DNA of 64,000 bases, taken from positions 13,515,259 to 13,579,258 of the forward strand of contig NC_083409.1 in NCBI RefSeq assembly GCF_020745735.1, written 5' to 3'. Every line of letters starts with the position of its first letter. The stretch's first letter is position 1. The translations under genes were made by a program, and so were the position numbers. Below, in pieces: positions 37,501 through 51,252 of this stretch. This stretch comes from Hemiscyllium ocellatum (Eukaryota). The notes under the pieces were generated by a model. The model saw nothing but the letters and a program-made list of their open reading frames with translations. It had not been told where the DNA came from and did no database searches.

Positions 37501-39500
37501 TCCCTCCTGCACCATCTCTCAAGCCACACATTCATCCTGCCTATATTTTCATTTCGACTCTGACTAGCACATGGCACTGGGAGCAATCCTGAGATTACTA
37601 CCTCTGAGATCCTACCATAAGACCAAAAGACCATAAGACATAGGAGTGGAAGTAAGGCCATTCAGCCCATCGAGTCCACTCCGCCATTCAATCATGGCTG
37701 ATGGGCATTTCAACTCCACTTACCCACATTCTCCCCTAGCCCTTAATTCCTCGAGACAACAAGAATCGATTGATCTCTGCCTTGAAGACATTTAGTGTCC
37801 CGGCCTCCACCGCACTCTGCGGCAATGAATTCCACAGGCCCACCACTCTCTGGCTGAAGAAATGTCTCCGCATTTCTGTTCTGAATTTACCCCCTCTAAT
37901 TTTAAGGCTGTGTCCACGGGTCCTAATCTCCTCTCCTAACAAAACAATTTCCTTGCCTCCACCCTTTCCAAGCCATGTATTATCTTGTATGTCTCTATTA
38001 AATCTCCCCTGAATACAATCCCAGGATCCTCAGCCGTTCCTCATATGTTAGATCTACCATTCAAGGGATCATCCGTGTGAATCTCCGCTGGACACGTTCC
38101 AGTGCCAGTATGTTCTTCCTGAAGTGTGGGGACCAAAACTGGACACAGTCCTCCAAATGGGGCTAACCAGAGCTTTATAAAGTCTCAGTAGCACAATGGT
38201 GTTTTTATATTCCAACCCTCTTGAGGTAAGTGACAACATTGCATTCACTTTCTTAATCACGGACTCAACCTGCATATTTACCTTTAGAGAATCCTCGACT
38301 AGCAATCCCAGAACCCTTTGTACTTTGGCTTTACGAATTTTCTCACCGTTTAGAAAGTAGTCTATGCTTTTTTTTGCCAACCTGCAAGACCTCGCATTTG
38401 CTCATGTTGAATTCCATCAGCCATTTCCTGGACCACTCTCCCAAACTGTCTAGATCCTTCTGTAGCCTCCCCACTTCCTCAGTACTACCTGCCTTCACCT
38501 AACTTCGTATCATCTGCAAACTTCGTTATAATGCCCCCAGTCCCTTCATCCAGATCATTAATATATATAATGCGAACAGCTGTGGCCCCAACACCGAACC
38601 CTATGGGACACCGCTCGTCCATTCCGAAAAAGAACCTTCATTCCAACTTCTGCCTTCTGTCAGACAGACAATCCTCAATCCATCCCAGTAGCTCACCTCG
38701 AACACAATGGGCCTCACCTTGCTCAGCAGCCTCTCGTGTGGCACCTTATCAAAGGCCTTTTGGAAGTCTAGATAGACCACATCCACTGGGTTTCCCTGGT
38801 CTAACCTACTTGTCTCCTCTTCAAAGAATTCCAACAGTTTGTCAGGCATGACCTCCGCTTACTGAATCCTCGTTGACTTGTTCTAATCAGACTCTGCTCT
38901 TCTAAGAATTTATAAACCTCATCCTTAATGATGGATTCTAGAATTTTACCAACCACCGAGGTTAGGCTAATTGGCCTATAATTTTCCATCTTTTGTCTTG
39001 ATCCTTTCTTGAACAAGTGGGTTACTACAGCAATCTTCCAATCATCCGGGACTTTCCCTGACTCCAGTGACTCTTAAAAGATCTCAACCAATGCCTCTGC
39101 TATTTCCTCAGCCACCTCTCTCAGAGCTCTAGGATGTATCCCATCGGGGGCAGGAGATTTATCAATTTTAAGACTTTTTAGCTTTTCTAGCACTATCGCT
39201 TTTGTAATGGCAACCATACTCAACTCAGACCCCTGACTTCCTTTATTCAGGAATTTTAATATGGTTCCTAACTCCCTAAATTCTGCTTGTAGGACCTCAT
39301 TCCATTTATTACCAATATCATTCCTACATGAACCATCACAGCTAGCTGTTCACCTCTGCCTTCAGAATATCCTGCAGCCGATCTGAGACATCCTGAGCCG
39401 TATAACTGGGAGGCAACATGCTATTCGTGAGTCTCGTTTTGACCACAGAAACCGCCGACCTACCCCTTACAAAGTCCAAACAAACCATATCCATGGGCCC
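31590..39500. mobile_element. Nested cluster of CR1 fragments (mainly minus strand: RT, EN and ORF1 esterase), with short plus-strand 3' ends
   Basis: RT ORFs 32045-32416 (+), 34594-34854, 34971-35378, 38069-38380 and 38601-39016 (-); EN ORF 36801-37190 (-); esterase ORF 37314-37661 (-). Confidence 0.85.
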
Positions 39501-40324
39501 CCCTTATCAAATCCACTTGCTACATCCTCACACAATTCCAGTCGATTTCCCTTTCGACAATCCATGCTGACTTGTCCAGTTCTGTCACTGTTTCAAAGTG
39601 CTAAGCTATAAAAATATTTTATAATGAACTTGGGCATTTTCTCCACTGCTGATTTCTGGCTAATTGGTCTAAAAATTCTATTTTCCCCTCTCTCTCTCTC
39701 TCTCTCTCTCTTCTCTTTCAATAATTTTGTTAAATTAACTCCCTCCACTCTGTAGGATCTATTTCACAGTTGCCAAACAGATAACCATCAATGTTTCTAA
39801 TATTTTACAACACTTCCTGAAGCACTCCTGAAAATAGATTATTTGGCCCTGCTGATTTAACATACTTTAGTTTTCCCAGAAACATTTTACTCCAACAACT
39901 GACTTCCTTCAGCTCCTTCCTCTGATAAAACTCCAAGTTCACCAAAATGTCTGAGATTTATTTGAGAATTCATTTGAGCAAAAGATCCAGAATATGTTTA
40001 TCTGTCATCTCTTTGTTCCAACTATAACATTATAACACTTGTGTGGAACTTCCTTGAATGTCATGGACGTCCATATAAAAACAACACATTCCCTTATGTC
40101 ACACATTAGTGACCTCGTTAAAACATGTAACCAGGTTAATTAAAGATATCTGACCCTTTTTAAATCCATGCTGACTTACTCTGATCTGCTCATATTTGTC
40201 AGACATTCTGTCTCTAAAACCAGATTCAACTACTTCCCAACAATAGACATTCAATAGAGATGTTCATTGTGAATGAGGTGAGTAAACAGTGAGCACTGAC
40301 ATGATGGGCTGAACAGCCTCTCCT

Positions 40325-43300
40325 AGAGTCACAGAGTCAAAGAGATGTACAGCATGGAAACAGACCCTTCGGTCCAACTTGTCCATGCTGACCAGACATC
40401 CCAACCCAATCTAGTCCCACCTGCCAACTCCTGCCCAGATTCCTCCAAACCTTTCTATTCATATACCCATCCATGAGCCTCTTTTAAAATGTTGCAATTG
40501 TACCAGCCTCCCCACTTCCTCTGGCAGCCCATTTCACACTCGCACCACCCTGTGTGTGAAAACGTTGCTCTTCAAGTCCCTTTTATATCTTTCCCTCTTA
40601 CCCTAAACCCATGCCCTCTATTACTGGACTCCACCAGCCCAGGGAAAAGACTTGGTCTCTTTGCCCTATCCATGCCCCTCATAATTTTATAAACCTCTGT
40701 AAGGTCACTCCTCAGCCTCTGACACTCCAGGGAAAACAGCCCCAGCCTATTTACCCTCTCCTTATAGCTTAAATCCTTCAACCCTGGTAACATCCTTGTC
40801 AATCTTTTCTGAACCTTTTCAAGTTTCACAATATCTTTCTGATAGGAAGGAGACCAGAATTGAATGCAATACTCCAAAAGTGTCCTCGGTGACCTCCCAA
40901 TTCCTGTACACAATACTCTGACCATTAAAGGAAAGCATACCGAATGTCTTCTTCATTATCCTATCTACCTACAACTCTACTTTCAAGGAGCTTGAACCTG
41001 CACTCCAAAGTCTCTTTGTTCAGCAACACTCCCGAAAACCTTACCATTAAGTGTATTAGTCCTGCTAAGATTTGCTTTCCCAAATGCAGCACCTTGCACT
41101 TTCTAAATTAAACTCCATCTGCCATTCCTCAGCCCAATGGCCCATCGGATCAAGATCCTGTTGTAATCTGAGGCAACCTTCTTCGCTGTCCATTACACCT
41201 CCAATTTTGGTTTATTTGCAAACTTACTAACTCTACTGCCTATGTTCATATCCAAATCATTTATGTAAAAGACAAAAAGTAGTTGACCCAGGACCAATCC
41301 TTATGACACTCCTTATGGTTACAGGCCTCCAGTCTAAAAAACATCCCTCCACCACCACCCTCTGTCTCCTACCTTTGAGCCAGTTCTGTATCCAAATGGC
41401 TAGTTCTCCTGTATTCCATGAGATCTAACCTTGCTAACCTGCCTCCCATGGGGAACCTTGTCGAATGCCTTACTGAAGTCCATTCAGATCCTGTCTAACG
41501 TTCTGCCTTCATCAATTCTTCTGTTACTTCAAAAAACTCAATCATGTTTGTGAGACATGATTTCCCATGCACAAAACCATGTGACTATCCCTAATCAGTC
41601 TTTGCCTTTCCAAATATATGGACATTCTGTCCCTCAGGATTCCTTCCAACAACTTCCTCACAACCAAACGTCTGGCTCACTGGTCTACAGTTCCTGGCTT
41701 GTCCTCACCAACTTTCTTAAATAGTGGCACCAATTAGTGAACCTCCAGTCTTCTGGCACATCATCTGTGACTATTGAGGATACAAGTATCACAGTAAGAG
41801 GCCCAGCAATCACTTCCCTAGGTTCCCACAGAGTTCTAGGGTACACCTAATTAGTCCTGGGATTTATCCACTTTTATGCATTTCAAGACATCGAGCACCT
41901 CCTCGTCTGTAATATGAACGTTTTTCAAGATATCACCATCTATTTCCTGCATTCTATATCTTCAATATCCTTCTCCACAATTAAACTGAAGCAAAATACT
42001 CATTTGGTATCTGCCCCATCTCCTGCGGCTCCACACAAAGGTCGCCTTGCTGATCTTTGAGGGATCCTATTCTCTCCTTAGTTACCCTCTTGTCCTTAAT
42101 GTATTCATAAAACCCCCTCTGTATTCTCCTTAGCCCTATTTGCCAAAGCTATCTCATGTTGTTGCCCTCCTGATTTCCTCTTAAGTATACTCCTACTGCC
42201 TTTGTATCCATCTAAGGATTCACTAAATCTATCCTGTCTATACCTGACATATGCTCATTCTTTTTCTCAACCAAACCCTCAACTTCTCTCATCCATCCAA
42301 TAGTCCCTACACCTACCAGCCTTTCCTTTCACTGTAACTAGAATATACTATCTTGGACTCAAATTATCTCATTTCTGAAGGCTTCCCATTTTCCAGATGT
42401 CCCTTTACCTGCGAGCAACTGCCCCCAATCAGCTTTTCAGAGTTCTTGCCTCATATTGGCAAAATTAGCCTTCCTCCAATTTAGAACTTCAACTTCTGGA
42501 TCTGGTCTATACAGAAACCCACACAGACACAGGGAGAATGTGCAAACCCCACACAGACAGTTGCCTGAGGTGGGAATTGAACCGGGTCTCTGGCACTGTG
42601 AGGCAGCAGTGCTAAACACTGTGCCACCGTGCCTGATACTGGCAAAATTAGCCTTCCTCCATTTAGAACTTCAACTTCAGGATCTGGTCTATCCTTTTCC
42701 TTCACTATTTTAAAATGAATAGAATTATGGTCGCTGACCAAAAGTACTCCTCCACTGACACCTCAGTCACCTGCCCTGCCTTATTTCCAAGAGTAGGTCG
42801 AGCTTTGCACCTTCTCTAGTAGGTACAACCACACACTGAATCAGAAAATTGTCTTGTACACACTTAACAAATTCCTCTCCATCTAAACCCTAAACACTAT
42901 GGCAGTCCCAGTCTATGTTCGGAAAGTTAAAATCCCCTACTATAACCACCCCATTATTTTACTGATAACTGAAATCTCCTTACAAATTTGATTCTCAATT
43001 TCCGCTGACTACTGGAGGGGGGCTATAATACAATCCCAACAAGGTGATCATCCCCTTCTTTTTTCTCAGTTCCATACAAATAACTTCCCTGGATGTATTT
43101 CTGGGAATATCCTCCCGAAGCACAGCTGTAATGCTATCCCTCATCAAAAATGCCACTCTCCCTCCTCTTGTGCCTCCCTTTCTGTCCTCCTGTAGCATTG
43201 TATCCTAGAACATTAAACAGCCAGTCCTGTCCATCCCTGAGCCATGTTTCTGTAATTGCTATGATATCCCAGTCCCATGTTCCTAACCACGGCCTATGTT

Positions 43301-44170
43301 CATCTTCCTTCCTTGTTAGGCCTCTTGCACTGAAATAAATGCAGTTTATTTTTCAGTCCTACCTTGTTCTCTGCTTTGTCCCGCCTGCCCTGACTGTTTT
43401 GACCTGCCTTTGTTCTCAACTTTACCAATCTCAGGTTGAAATCTTTCCTCACTATCTCCCTGGGTCCCACCCGCCCACCTTACTAGTTTTAATCCTCCCA
43501 AGCAGCTCTAGCAAATCTCCCTGCCAGTATATTGTCCCCTTCCAATTCAGGTGCAATCTGTCCTTCTTGTACAGGTCACTTCTACCTCAAAACAGCTTCC
43601 AAAGATCCAAAAATGTGAATCCTTCTCCCATACACCAGCTCCTCAGCCATACATTCATTGCTCTATCCCCTCCATTCCTGCCTCACTAGCTCATAGCACC
43701 CGGTGAGTAATTCAGATATTACTACTCATGAGGACCTCCTTTTTAAATTCCTGCTAACTCTCTGCAATCTCCCTTCAGAATCTCAACATTTTCCCTTCTA
43801 TGTCGTTGGTTCCAAGTGTACAATGAGCTCCTGCTGGTCCCTCTCCACCTTAAGAACATTCTGCACCCTCCCTGAGACATACTTGATCCTGGCACCAGGG
43901 AAGCAACACACCATTCTAGTTTTTCACTACTGGCCACAGAAACGTCTGTCTGAACCTCGGGCTAGAGAGTCCCTGAACACAGTCGATCATTTGGAACCAA
44001 CGACCTCCCATTACATTAGAGCCAGTGCCAATACCAGAAACTTGGCTGCTCATGCTAAGGCTAAGTACCCCTGAGTTTCCATCATCCCCTACATTTTCCA
44101 AACAGCATACTTGTTTGAAATGGGAATAGCCACAGAAGACTCCTGCACTACTTGCCTACCTTCTTGCCTT
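40325..44170 (-). mobile_element. Near full-length CR1 (ORF1 esterase part, ORF2 EN and RT, 3' tail), decayed
   Basis: 3' tail at about 40325, RT remnants 40572-41600, EN ORF 42995-43198, and ORF1 esterase remnants 43500-44100. Confidence 0.85.
42511..42632 (-). mobile_element. HE1-like SINE 5'-half fragment inserted in the CR1
   Basis: Minus strand reads acggtggcacagtgtttagcactgctgcctcacagtgccagagacccggttcaattccc...tgtgtggggtttgcacattctccctgtgtctgtgtgggtttc. Confidence 0.85.
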
Positions 44171-44409
44171 TCTGGAGTAATGGTCAGAGCCCATGGGATC
44201 CAAGGCATTTGGCAAATTGGATCCAAATATGAGGCAAAGAGTGATGGTGGAGGGTTGTCTTTGTGATTGGAAGCCTGTGACCAGTGGTGTAAGACAGGGA
44301 CTGGGGCTGGGACCCTTGCTGTTTGTAATGTACATTAACAAATTAGACTGTGATTGTATTATTAGAAAGTTTTCAGAGGCACATAAATTGGTGGTGTTAT
44401 TGATATTGA

Positions 44410-45165
44410 TTTGATTTTTATTTTAGTTTATTGTCACATGTACTCGAGTGCAAAAGTATTGGAGTACAGTGAAAAGTATGTAACGTCACCTCACAAGGTG
44501 CCATCTTAGGTACAAGGACCTCAGTACAGAATCGTTAAGAACAAGGTAGAAAGAAAGAATAAAGTTCAAAGTTACATGTTGCAGATCTTTTTAGTTTTAA
44601 GTAGAAAATGAAGAAATAAAGCTGAAAGTTCAAGTATTAGAGCCTTTCTTAAGAACTCAGCAACCATGGGATCATACTTTAAGTAATCACCTCGAGACCA
44701 GAAGTCACGCTGAGACCCTTCCCGGGTGGAGAGACAACCATATACAGAAAGGACCACTATGTGGGATGAGAGACACCCACTCTGGGCCACTCAGAGATCG
44801 CTACACTAAGCCGAGTGACCATCACGCTGGGCGACAGTCGAGCATGCTGGGCTGAGAGGCCTCCACATCGAACTGAGAGGCCATCATGTTGGACCAAGAG
44901 TCTGCCTCATCGGGCTGGAAGGTCTCCCTGCCAGGCCAGAACACTGCCACACCAAGCCAAGAAGCCACTCATGAGGTCTGAACTAGGTCAGAGGGCCTGG
45001 CGACTGAGGCTGGGAGTCCGTGCCCGCGAGAAGAAATAATAAGGAGAAGGACAAAAGAAAAACACAAAAGAAAAGGATAAGAGAAGTGGAATAGAAAGAA
45101 GAAAAGGATACAGACAGAGCAGATGAACTCGGTCTGAAGTGTCCTACTCTGCTGCCATCTTGGAT
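44410..45165 (-). mobile_element. Internally deleted non-autonomous non-LTR element (5' ccaagatggc... end joined to an AT-rich 3' tail)
   Basis: Minus strand starts ccaagatggcagcagag at about 45165 and ends ...gtgacaataaactaaaataaaaatcaaatcaa at about 44410; no coding remnant recognised. Confidence 0.4.
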
Positions 45166-47420
45166 TACTGGGTCTCAGGCTACAGTCTGATATTGGTCAG
45201 TTGTAAATTGGGCAGAGCAATGGCAGATGTAATTTAATCCTGATCTCTGAGGTGATCCAACTTGGGAGATCTAATAAGGGAAGGATATACACAATGAAAG
45301 GCATGTGCCTTGAGTGTCCTTATGCATGAATCACAGAGGTTGGTCTACAGGTACAACAAGCAATTAGGAAGGCAAATGGAATTTTGTCCTTCATTGCTAA
45401 ACGGATTGAGTTTAAAAAGCGGGAAGGTTATGTTGCAGCTGTACAGGGTGTTGGTGAGACCACACCTTGGGTACTGCGTGCAGTAATGGTGTCCTCACTT
45501 GGAAAAGGCAATACTGGCACTAGAGGGTGCAGAGAAAGTTCACTAGGCTGATACTGGGGTGGAGGGGGTTGGCTTATGAAGGGAGACTGCGGTAGACTGG
45601 GATATATTCATTGGAACTTAGGAGAATGAGGGGAACCTTATAGAAAAAATATAAAATTATAAAGAGAATAGACAAGACAGAAGTAGGAGGATGTTCCCAC
45701 TGGCAAGTGAAACTAAAACAAGAGGGTTCAGCCTCAAAATTAGGGGGAGCAGATTTAGGACTGAATAAGAAGGAACTTCTTCACCCAGAGGGTCATAAAT
45801 CTATGAAATTCCTTGCTCAATGAAGAAAATGATGCTACTTCAGTAAATGTTTTAAAGCTAAGACAGACCATCCGTGGAATGGTAAGCCTAATATATGATG
45901 AACGGCTGAGGATCGTGGGATTGTATTCATTCGACTTTCGAAGGGGAGATTTAATAGAAACTTACAAGATAATGCATGGCTTAGAACTGGTGGGATGCTG
46001 GGAAATTGTTTCCATTAGGTGGGGGTACTAGGACCCGTGGGCACAGCCTTAGAGTTAGAGGGGGTCAGTTTAAAACAGAACTGAGGAGACATTTCTTCAG
46101 CTAGAGAGTGATGGGCCTTTGGAATCATTGCCACAGAGTGCAGTGGCGGCTGAAATATTAAATGTCTTCAAGGCGAGATTGATAAATTCTTAATCTTGCA
46201 ATGAATCAAGGGCTACAGGGAGAGTGTGGGTAACTGTCGTTAAATGCCCATCACCCATGATTGAATGGCGGAGTGGACTCGATGGACAAATGGCCTTACT
46301 TCCACTCCTTTGTCTTATGGTCTTATGTGGGCTGAGTCCATGAAAAGATCAGCCATGATCTTATTGAATGGCAGAGCAGGGTTGAAGGGACAGATGGCCT
46401 ACTCCTGCTCCTAGTTCTTATGTTCTTATGTTCCTTGGGAGTACTGAGGAACAAAGGGACCTTAGTGTACAAGTCCATCGATCCCGGAAGGTATCAGCAC
46501 AGCTAGACAGGGTGGTGAAGAAGGCATATGGGATGCGTGCCATCATTAGAAAAAATTATACAGCATGGACAATTTTCTAAAACGGTGAGAAAATTCATAA
46601 AGTCAAAGTACAAAGTGATCAAGGAATGCTAGTTCCCGGATTCTCTAAAGGTTAACTTGCAGGTTGAATCCATGGTTAAGAAAGCAAATGTAGTGTTGTC
46701 ATTTATCTCAAGAGCTGAAAAAGAGCCATTCCTGAAGAAGGGCTTATGCCCGAAATGTCGAATTTCCTGTTCCTTGGATGCTGCCTGACTGCTGCGCTTT
46801 TCCAGCAACACATTTTCAACTGCTTGCCATCATTAGCCAGGGTGTAGAATATAGGAAGTAAAATTCTTGTTGTTACCTGACAGAGCACTGGTTAGGTCAT
46901 GTCTGGAATATTGTGCACAGTTCTGGTCGTGACACTGTTGGAAGAACGTGATTGAACTGGAGAGGATGCAGAGGAGATTACCAGAATATTCCCTGGGATG
47001 GAAAGTATTCGTTATGAGGAGAGACTGTGTTTCTCTCAGATAGACTGTATATGTTTTCTCTGGGGAAATCTGATTGAGGTATACAAAAATATAAAAGGCA
47101 TAGACAAAGTCAATTGTGAGAATCTTTTCCCCATGTCAGACATGTCTATGACCAGAGGGAATAAGCTTACCATGTGAAAAAATGGTTTAGAGGGGTTTTG
47201 AGGACTTTTTTCCCCAGAGGGTGGTAGAATATGGAATGTGCAGCTTGAGAAGGTAGGGAGGCAGCTCCTCTCACAACATTTAAGAAACATCCAGACGAGC
47301 ACATAAAATGCCAGGGCTTGGAAGGCAATGGACCAAGTGCAGGTCAATGGAGTTTGGTGATGACTGGTTGGCATCGACATGTCGACAAACAGAAGGGCCT
47401 GTTTGTTTGCTGTATGACTC
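45165..47420 (+). mobile_element. Stacked CR1 RT/3'-end fragments, with a short Penelope terminal piece at about 46700-46820
   Basis: CR1 C-terminal coding remnants and repeated (CTTATG/GTTCTTAT) tails at about 46320, 46430 and 47420. Confidence 0.75.
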
Positions 47421-47449
47421 TATGACAATGAAGAGAAGGATGTGGAAGC

Positions 47450-50400
47450 ATTTTTATGTTGTTAGTGAAGATAGCAACACAAGCGAGATGGGAAAAACAA
47501 ATTGGACCTTGTCCATGCAAAAATGAACTTGGGAAGCACAAGAGGTTTCTACATCCCTGTCAGAGGGAATGTTCTCGGGATCATGAGGAGGTGAAAACGG
47601 CTATTCTAAGCACATATGAGTTGGCCCCAGAAACATACAGACAGATGTTTCAGAACTTACACAAACAGCCTGGACAAACCTCGTGAGTTTAAGAGAGTTT
47701 AACAAAATAATGTTGACAGGTGGATAAGAACATTAACAGCTGAGAATACTTACAATGCTCACAGAGAAGTTATCCTTTGAGAAGAATTTAAAACTTCCTT
47801 CACTTCTAGAATCAGAATTCATGTAGATGACCAAAGGGAACGACAGTAAGACAAGAAGCTAGAATGGGTAATTCATAGACTTTGTTAAACCAAAAACCCT
47901 GCAGATGCTGGAATCCAAAGTAGACAAACAGGAGGCTGGAAGAGCACAACAAGCCAAGCAGCATCAGGAGGTGGAGAAGTCACCTGATGGAGACTGATCA
48001 AAAATCAGGCCCAAAATGGAGAAAAATAAAAATTGGGAGAGTCTAAGGAAGGTAGATAGCCAGGGGAGAGAATGGGCAGGAGGGAACAGCCCGAAAACTC
48101 CTCCTCAGATTAAGAAGGAAATTGCTGAGAGTGGAAGTGATGATCAGAAGCTGAAATGTTTCTCTTGGAATAAGGTGGGCTATGTATGTTTGGAATGTTG
48201 GAAGTTGAGGCAAACCCATGGGATTTATGGGAGTTAGTAAAATGAGTCAGAGAAGGGAACACAGACAGATAATCCCACGGAGCAGGTTGTAGCTGTAACA
48301 ATAACAAAAAGCCGGAGGTGAATTCTGTCATTAGTAAAGGAAGTTGTCAGGTAGATGAGAGGTGGACAGGACTTTTATCAAAAGGAATGGTGACTCCTTT
48401 TCTTCAGCTAAACCCAGAACCAAACTGAGAGATACAGGAGCAACACAGTCACTTTTACTGGAGAAAGAATTGATTTTCCCTCCAGAGAGCTCGATGGGAG
48501 CTAATGTATTAATCAATGGGATTAGTGGAGAATATGTTCCACTTCCATTGTATACAGTACAACTGGAATGTGATTGTTATCAGGAGAAGTAATTGTCGGA
48601 ATGGGAAAACATTCCCTGTTGAGGGAGTCGATTTCCTTCTGGGGAATGGTTTGTCAGGACTAAAGGCAGCAGCTTCCCCGATAATTACAGAATGTCCAAA
48701 GGAGAGCCAAGAAACAGAACAATGACAGGAACAGGTTCCTGGTCTCTCTCCTTCGTGTGAGGTAACCAGGGCAATGGGTAAAACAAAATCCATCAATAAG
48801 GGTTGATGTAACACCACAGCAAGTGAAAGGATCGCTGAAACGTTCTTCAAGGGTGAAGATAATCCAGGTGGAGTGGTTGGTATGATGTCACTAATTACAG
48901 CAGATCCAAAAAGCAGATCCTGAATGAAATAAATGAGCACGTCAGCTCATACTGAGGTCGAGGCTGAAGGAGTTTCAGAGTGTTAATTATGTTCAGAATG
49001 GAGCGCTGATGAGGAAGTGGAGACCCCCTCAAAGACCCCCAGAAGAATGGTTGGTTAGACATTGCCAGTGTGGTCCCACCCAGCTATCATAGGGAGATAG
49101 TACAAGGGCACATGAGACTCCCATGGCAGGTCACATGGGGATTTAGGAAACACAGGCATCCAGAAACAGGTATTTTTACTGAGCCACATTGGATAAAGAT
49201 GTGGTGCAGTTTTATAAAACATGTCTTCCTTGTCAAGTTATAGGTAAACCTCAATACAAAACCAGCATCCTTAATTCCTCTCCCAGTTTTTTGAGGAACC
49301 ATCCGTCATGTACAGGCTTGTCAAGTAGTGAGTATAATGGAGGAGGGGATCAGAAAAAGCTTGAGATCAAAAAAGACCTGGGCACTTCCCAAAGGAATCT
49401 TCCTGTTATTAGATGAACAAATTCAGAGATATTTGAGACTTCAGACACTGTATTTTTGTGTCTGGAGAAAGATCAACAGGTGGATTTAGTGAAGCTGCTC
49501 AGACAATACAAAGATGTTTGTATGAGGAGTCGTTGAGGACTTTGGTTCTGTACTTGATGGAGTTTAGAAAGATGAGAGGGAATGTCACTGAAACTTACAG
49601 AATACAGGGTGGCCTGGATAGAGTGGACATGGAGGAGATGTTTCTAATAATAGGAGAGCTGGAGACCCGAGGGCACAGCCTCAGAGTGAAGAGACGATCT
49701 TTCGAACTGAGTTGAGAAGGAATTTCTTCAGCAAGAGTGTCATTAATCTGTGGAACTGCAGAGGGCCTAGGAGGCCAATTCATTGAGTGTATTTAAGAAA
49801 GAGATTGTTTGGCTCTTGATTAGTCAAGGGATCAAGATTTACAGGGAAAAGGGAAGAGATTGGGGCTGAGAAACATTATTAACTGTAAATGACCAGACAT
49901 GATGGGCCAAATGGCCCAATTCTGCTCCTTTATCTTGTGGACTTGTATAGATACACTTAGATCTATCACATGAAACAAATATAACATGAATTTGGTAATT
50001 CAGACAAAATAAACAAAAACCAACCGAAACCGGCAATGGAACAGAGGGCTTCCATGTTGGAGAATCAGCTGATTGAACCATATCAGAGTAATTGGAGTTC
50101 TCCTGTCGTATTGGCTCCTGAACCAACTGTTCAATTTAATTCTGTGTAGACTCGAGGATGTGAGTCTCGTCACAAAACCAGATTCATTCCCTATTCCCAG
50201 CTGAGAAGGTTGTATAGAGAGGGTTTGTTGTATATCATTCTTGTATAAAATTGATTTGTTAAAAGGATGTTGACAAGAACTCACTGATAACTAGAACTAA
50301 GCGAGTTTCTGTATTTATCACACCTAATGGATTATACCCAATGGCAAGTTTTGCTCTGTGGACTTAACAACTCTCCAGTCACATTTGAATGATTATTGTG
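47450..50400 (+). mobile_element. Gmr1-like Ty3/Gypsy LTR retrotransposon internal remnant (SCAN-type gag, protease, integrase Zn finger, RT)
   Basis: DHEEVKTAILSTYELAPETYRQMFQNLHKQPGQT (SCAN-like gag); CFSWNKVGYVCLEC (Zn-knuckle remnant); LRDTGATQSLL (protease); HETPMAGH...KDVVQFYKTCLPCQVIGKP (integrase HHCC); then IEPYQSNWSSPVVL...DSFPIP...KIDLLKG (RT). Interrupted by a CR1 3' end at about 49510-49940. Confidence 0.85.
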
Positions 50401-50779
50401 AAAGTGAACAAGGTCACACTCCCACATTTAACTCCATCTGCCCAATATTTCTTCAAAGCCCTGTGTATCTAATATTCAGCGGGATGGAGAAATACCATTT
50501 GTAACTAGAATAAAGATATCTCTGAGAATCACATTAATAATTGTTTTTATGAAGCTTTCATAAGTTCTGTGTTGATTGACACAATGCTCTGGTTTGGCTT
50601 TGCTGTCTGTACAAACCATCTGTAATGTCTTTGCTGCAATGGTTCACATTTACATCATCAAACTCACACTCCAAATATCCCGTCATTATTCTCCATGGGA
50701 TTCACTGGCATTGGCTCAAATCGAACTCCCAGCAGCTGCAAGGAGGGTGGATAAGGATTAGAGAGAAGAGATGGAGCAC

Positions 50780-50780
50780 A

Positions 50781-50832
<52 letters not shown>
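50780..50832. repeat. (GA)n microsatellite
   Basis: Read directly from the sequence. Confidence 0.95.
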
Positions 50833-50837
<5 letters not shown>

Positions 50838-51239
50838 CTAAAAGAGGGGGATAGAGCTTGGACAGAGAAAGAGGGATGGAACTCAGAGTGAGATCGAGGC
50901 AGCTGAGTGAGAGAGGGGTGGGGAGAGTGAGTGAGTGAGTGAGATGGAGTCAAGGAGTTCTATGTCAAAGATAAATTATACTTGTTTAAAGATTGCACTG
51001 GATGAATCTGACTCTCTTACTCTGTGAACTCTACCCACAAAGCTGTCTAACTTTGTGTCATTAGCAAACTAGAGTATCTGACTTTCTATGCATTATCCAA
51101 TGCATTAATAAATAATGTAAATAATTGAGGTGTGCGCACACATTCCTATTGGACACCACTGGTCACATCCTGCCAATTTCAGCACTTAGCCATGATCCCT
51201 ATTTTCTGTCACCTGTCACTCAACCAATTTCGGTATGGC

Positions 51240-51252
51240 NNNNNNNNNNNNN
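51240..51252. other. Assembly gap (13 N)
   Basis: Run of N; the true gap size and the join are unknown. Confidence 0.99.
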
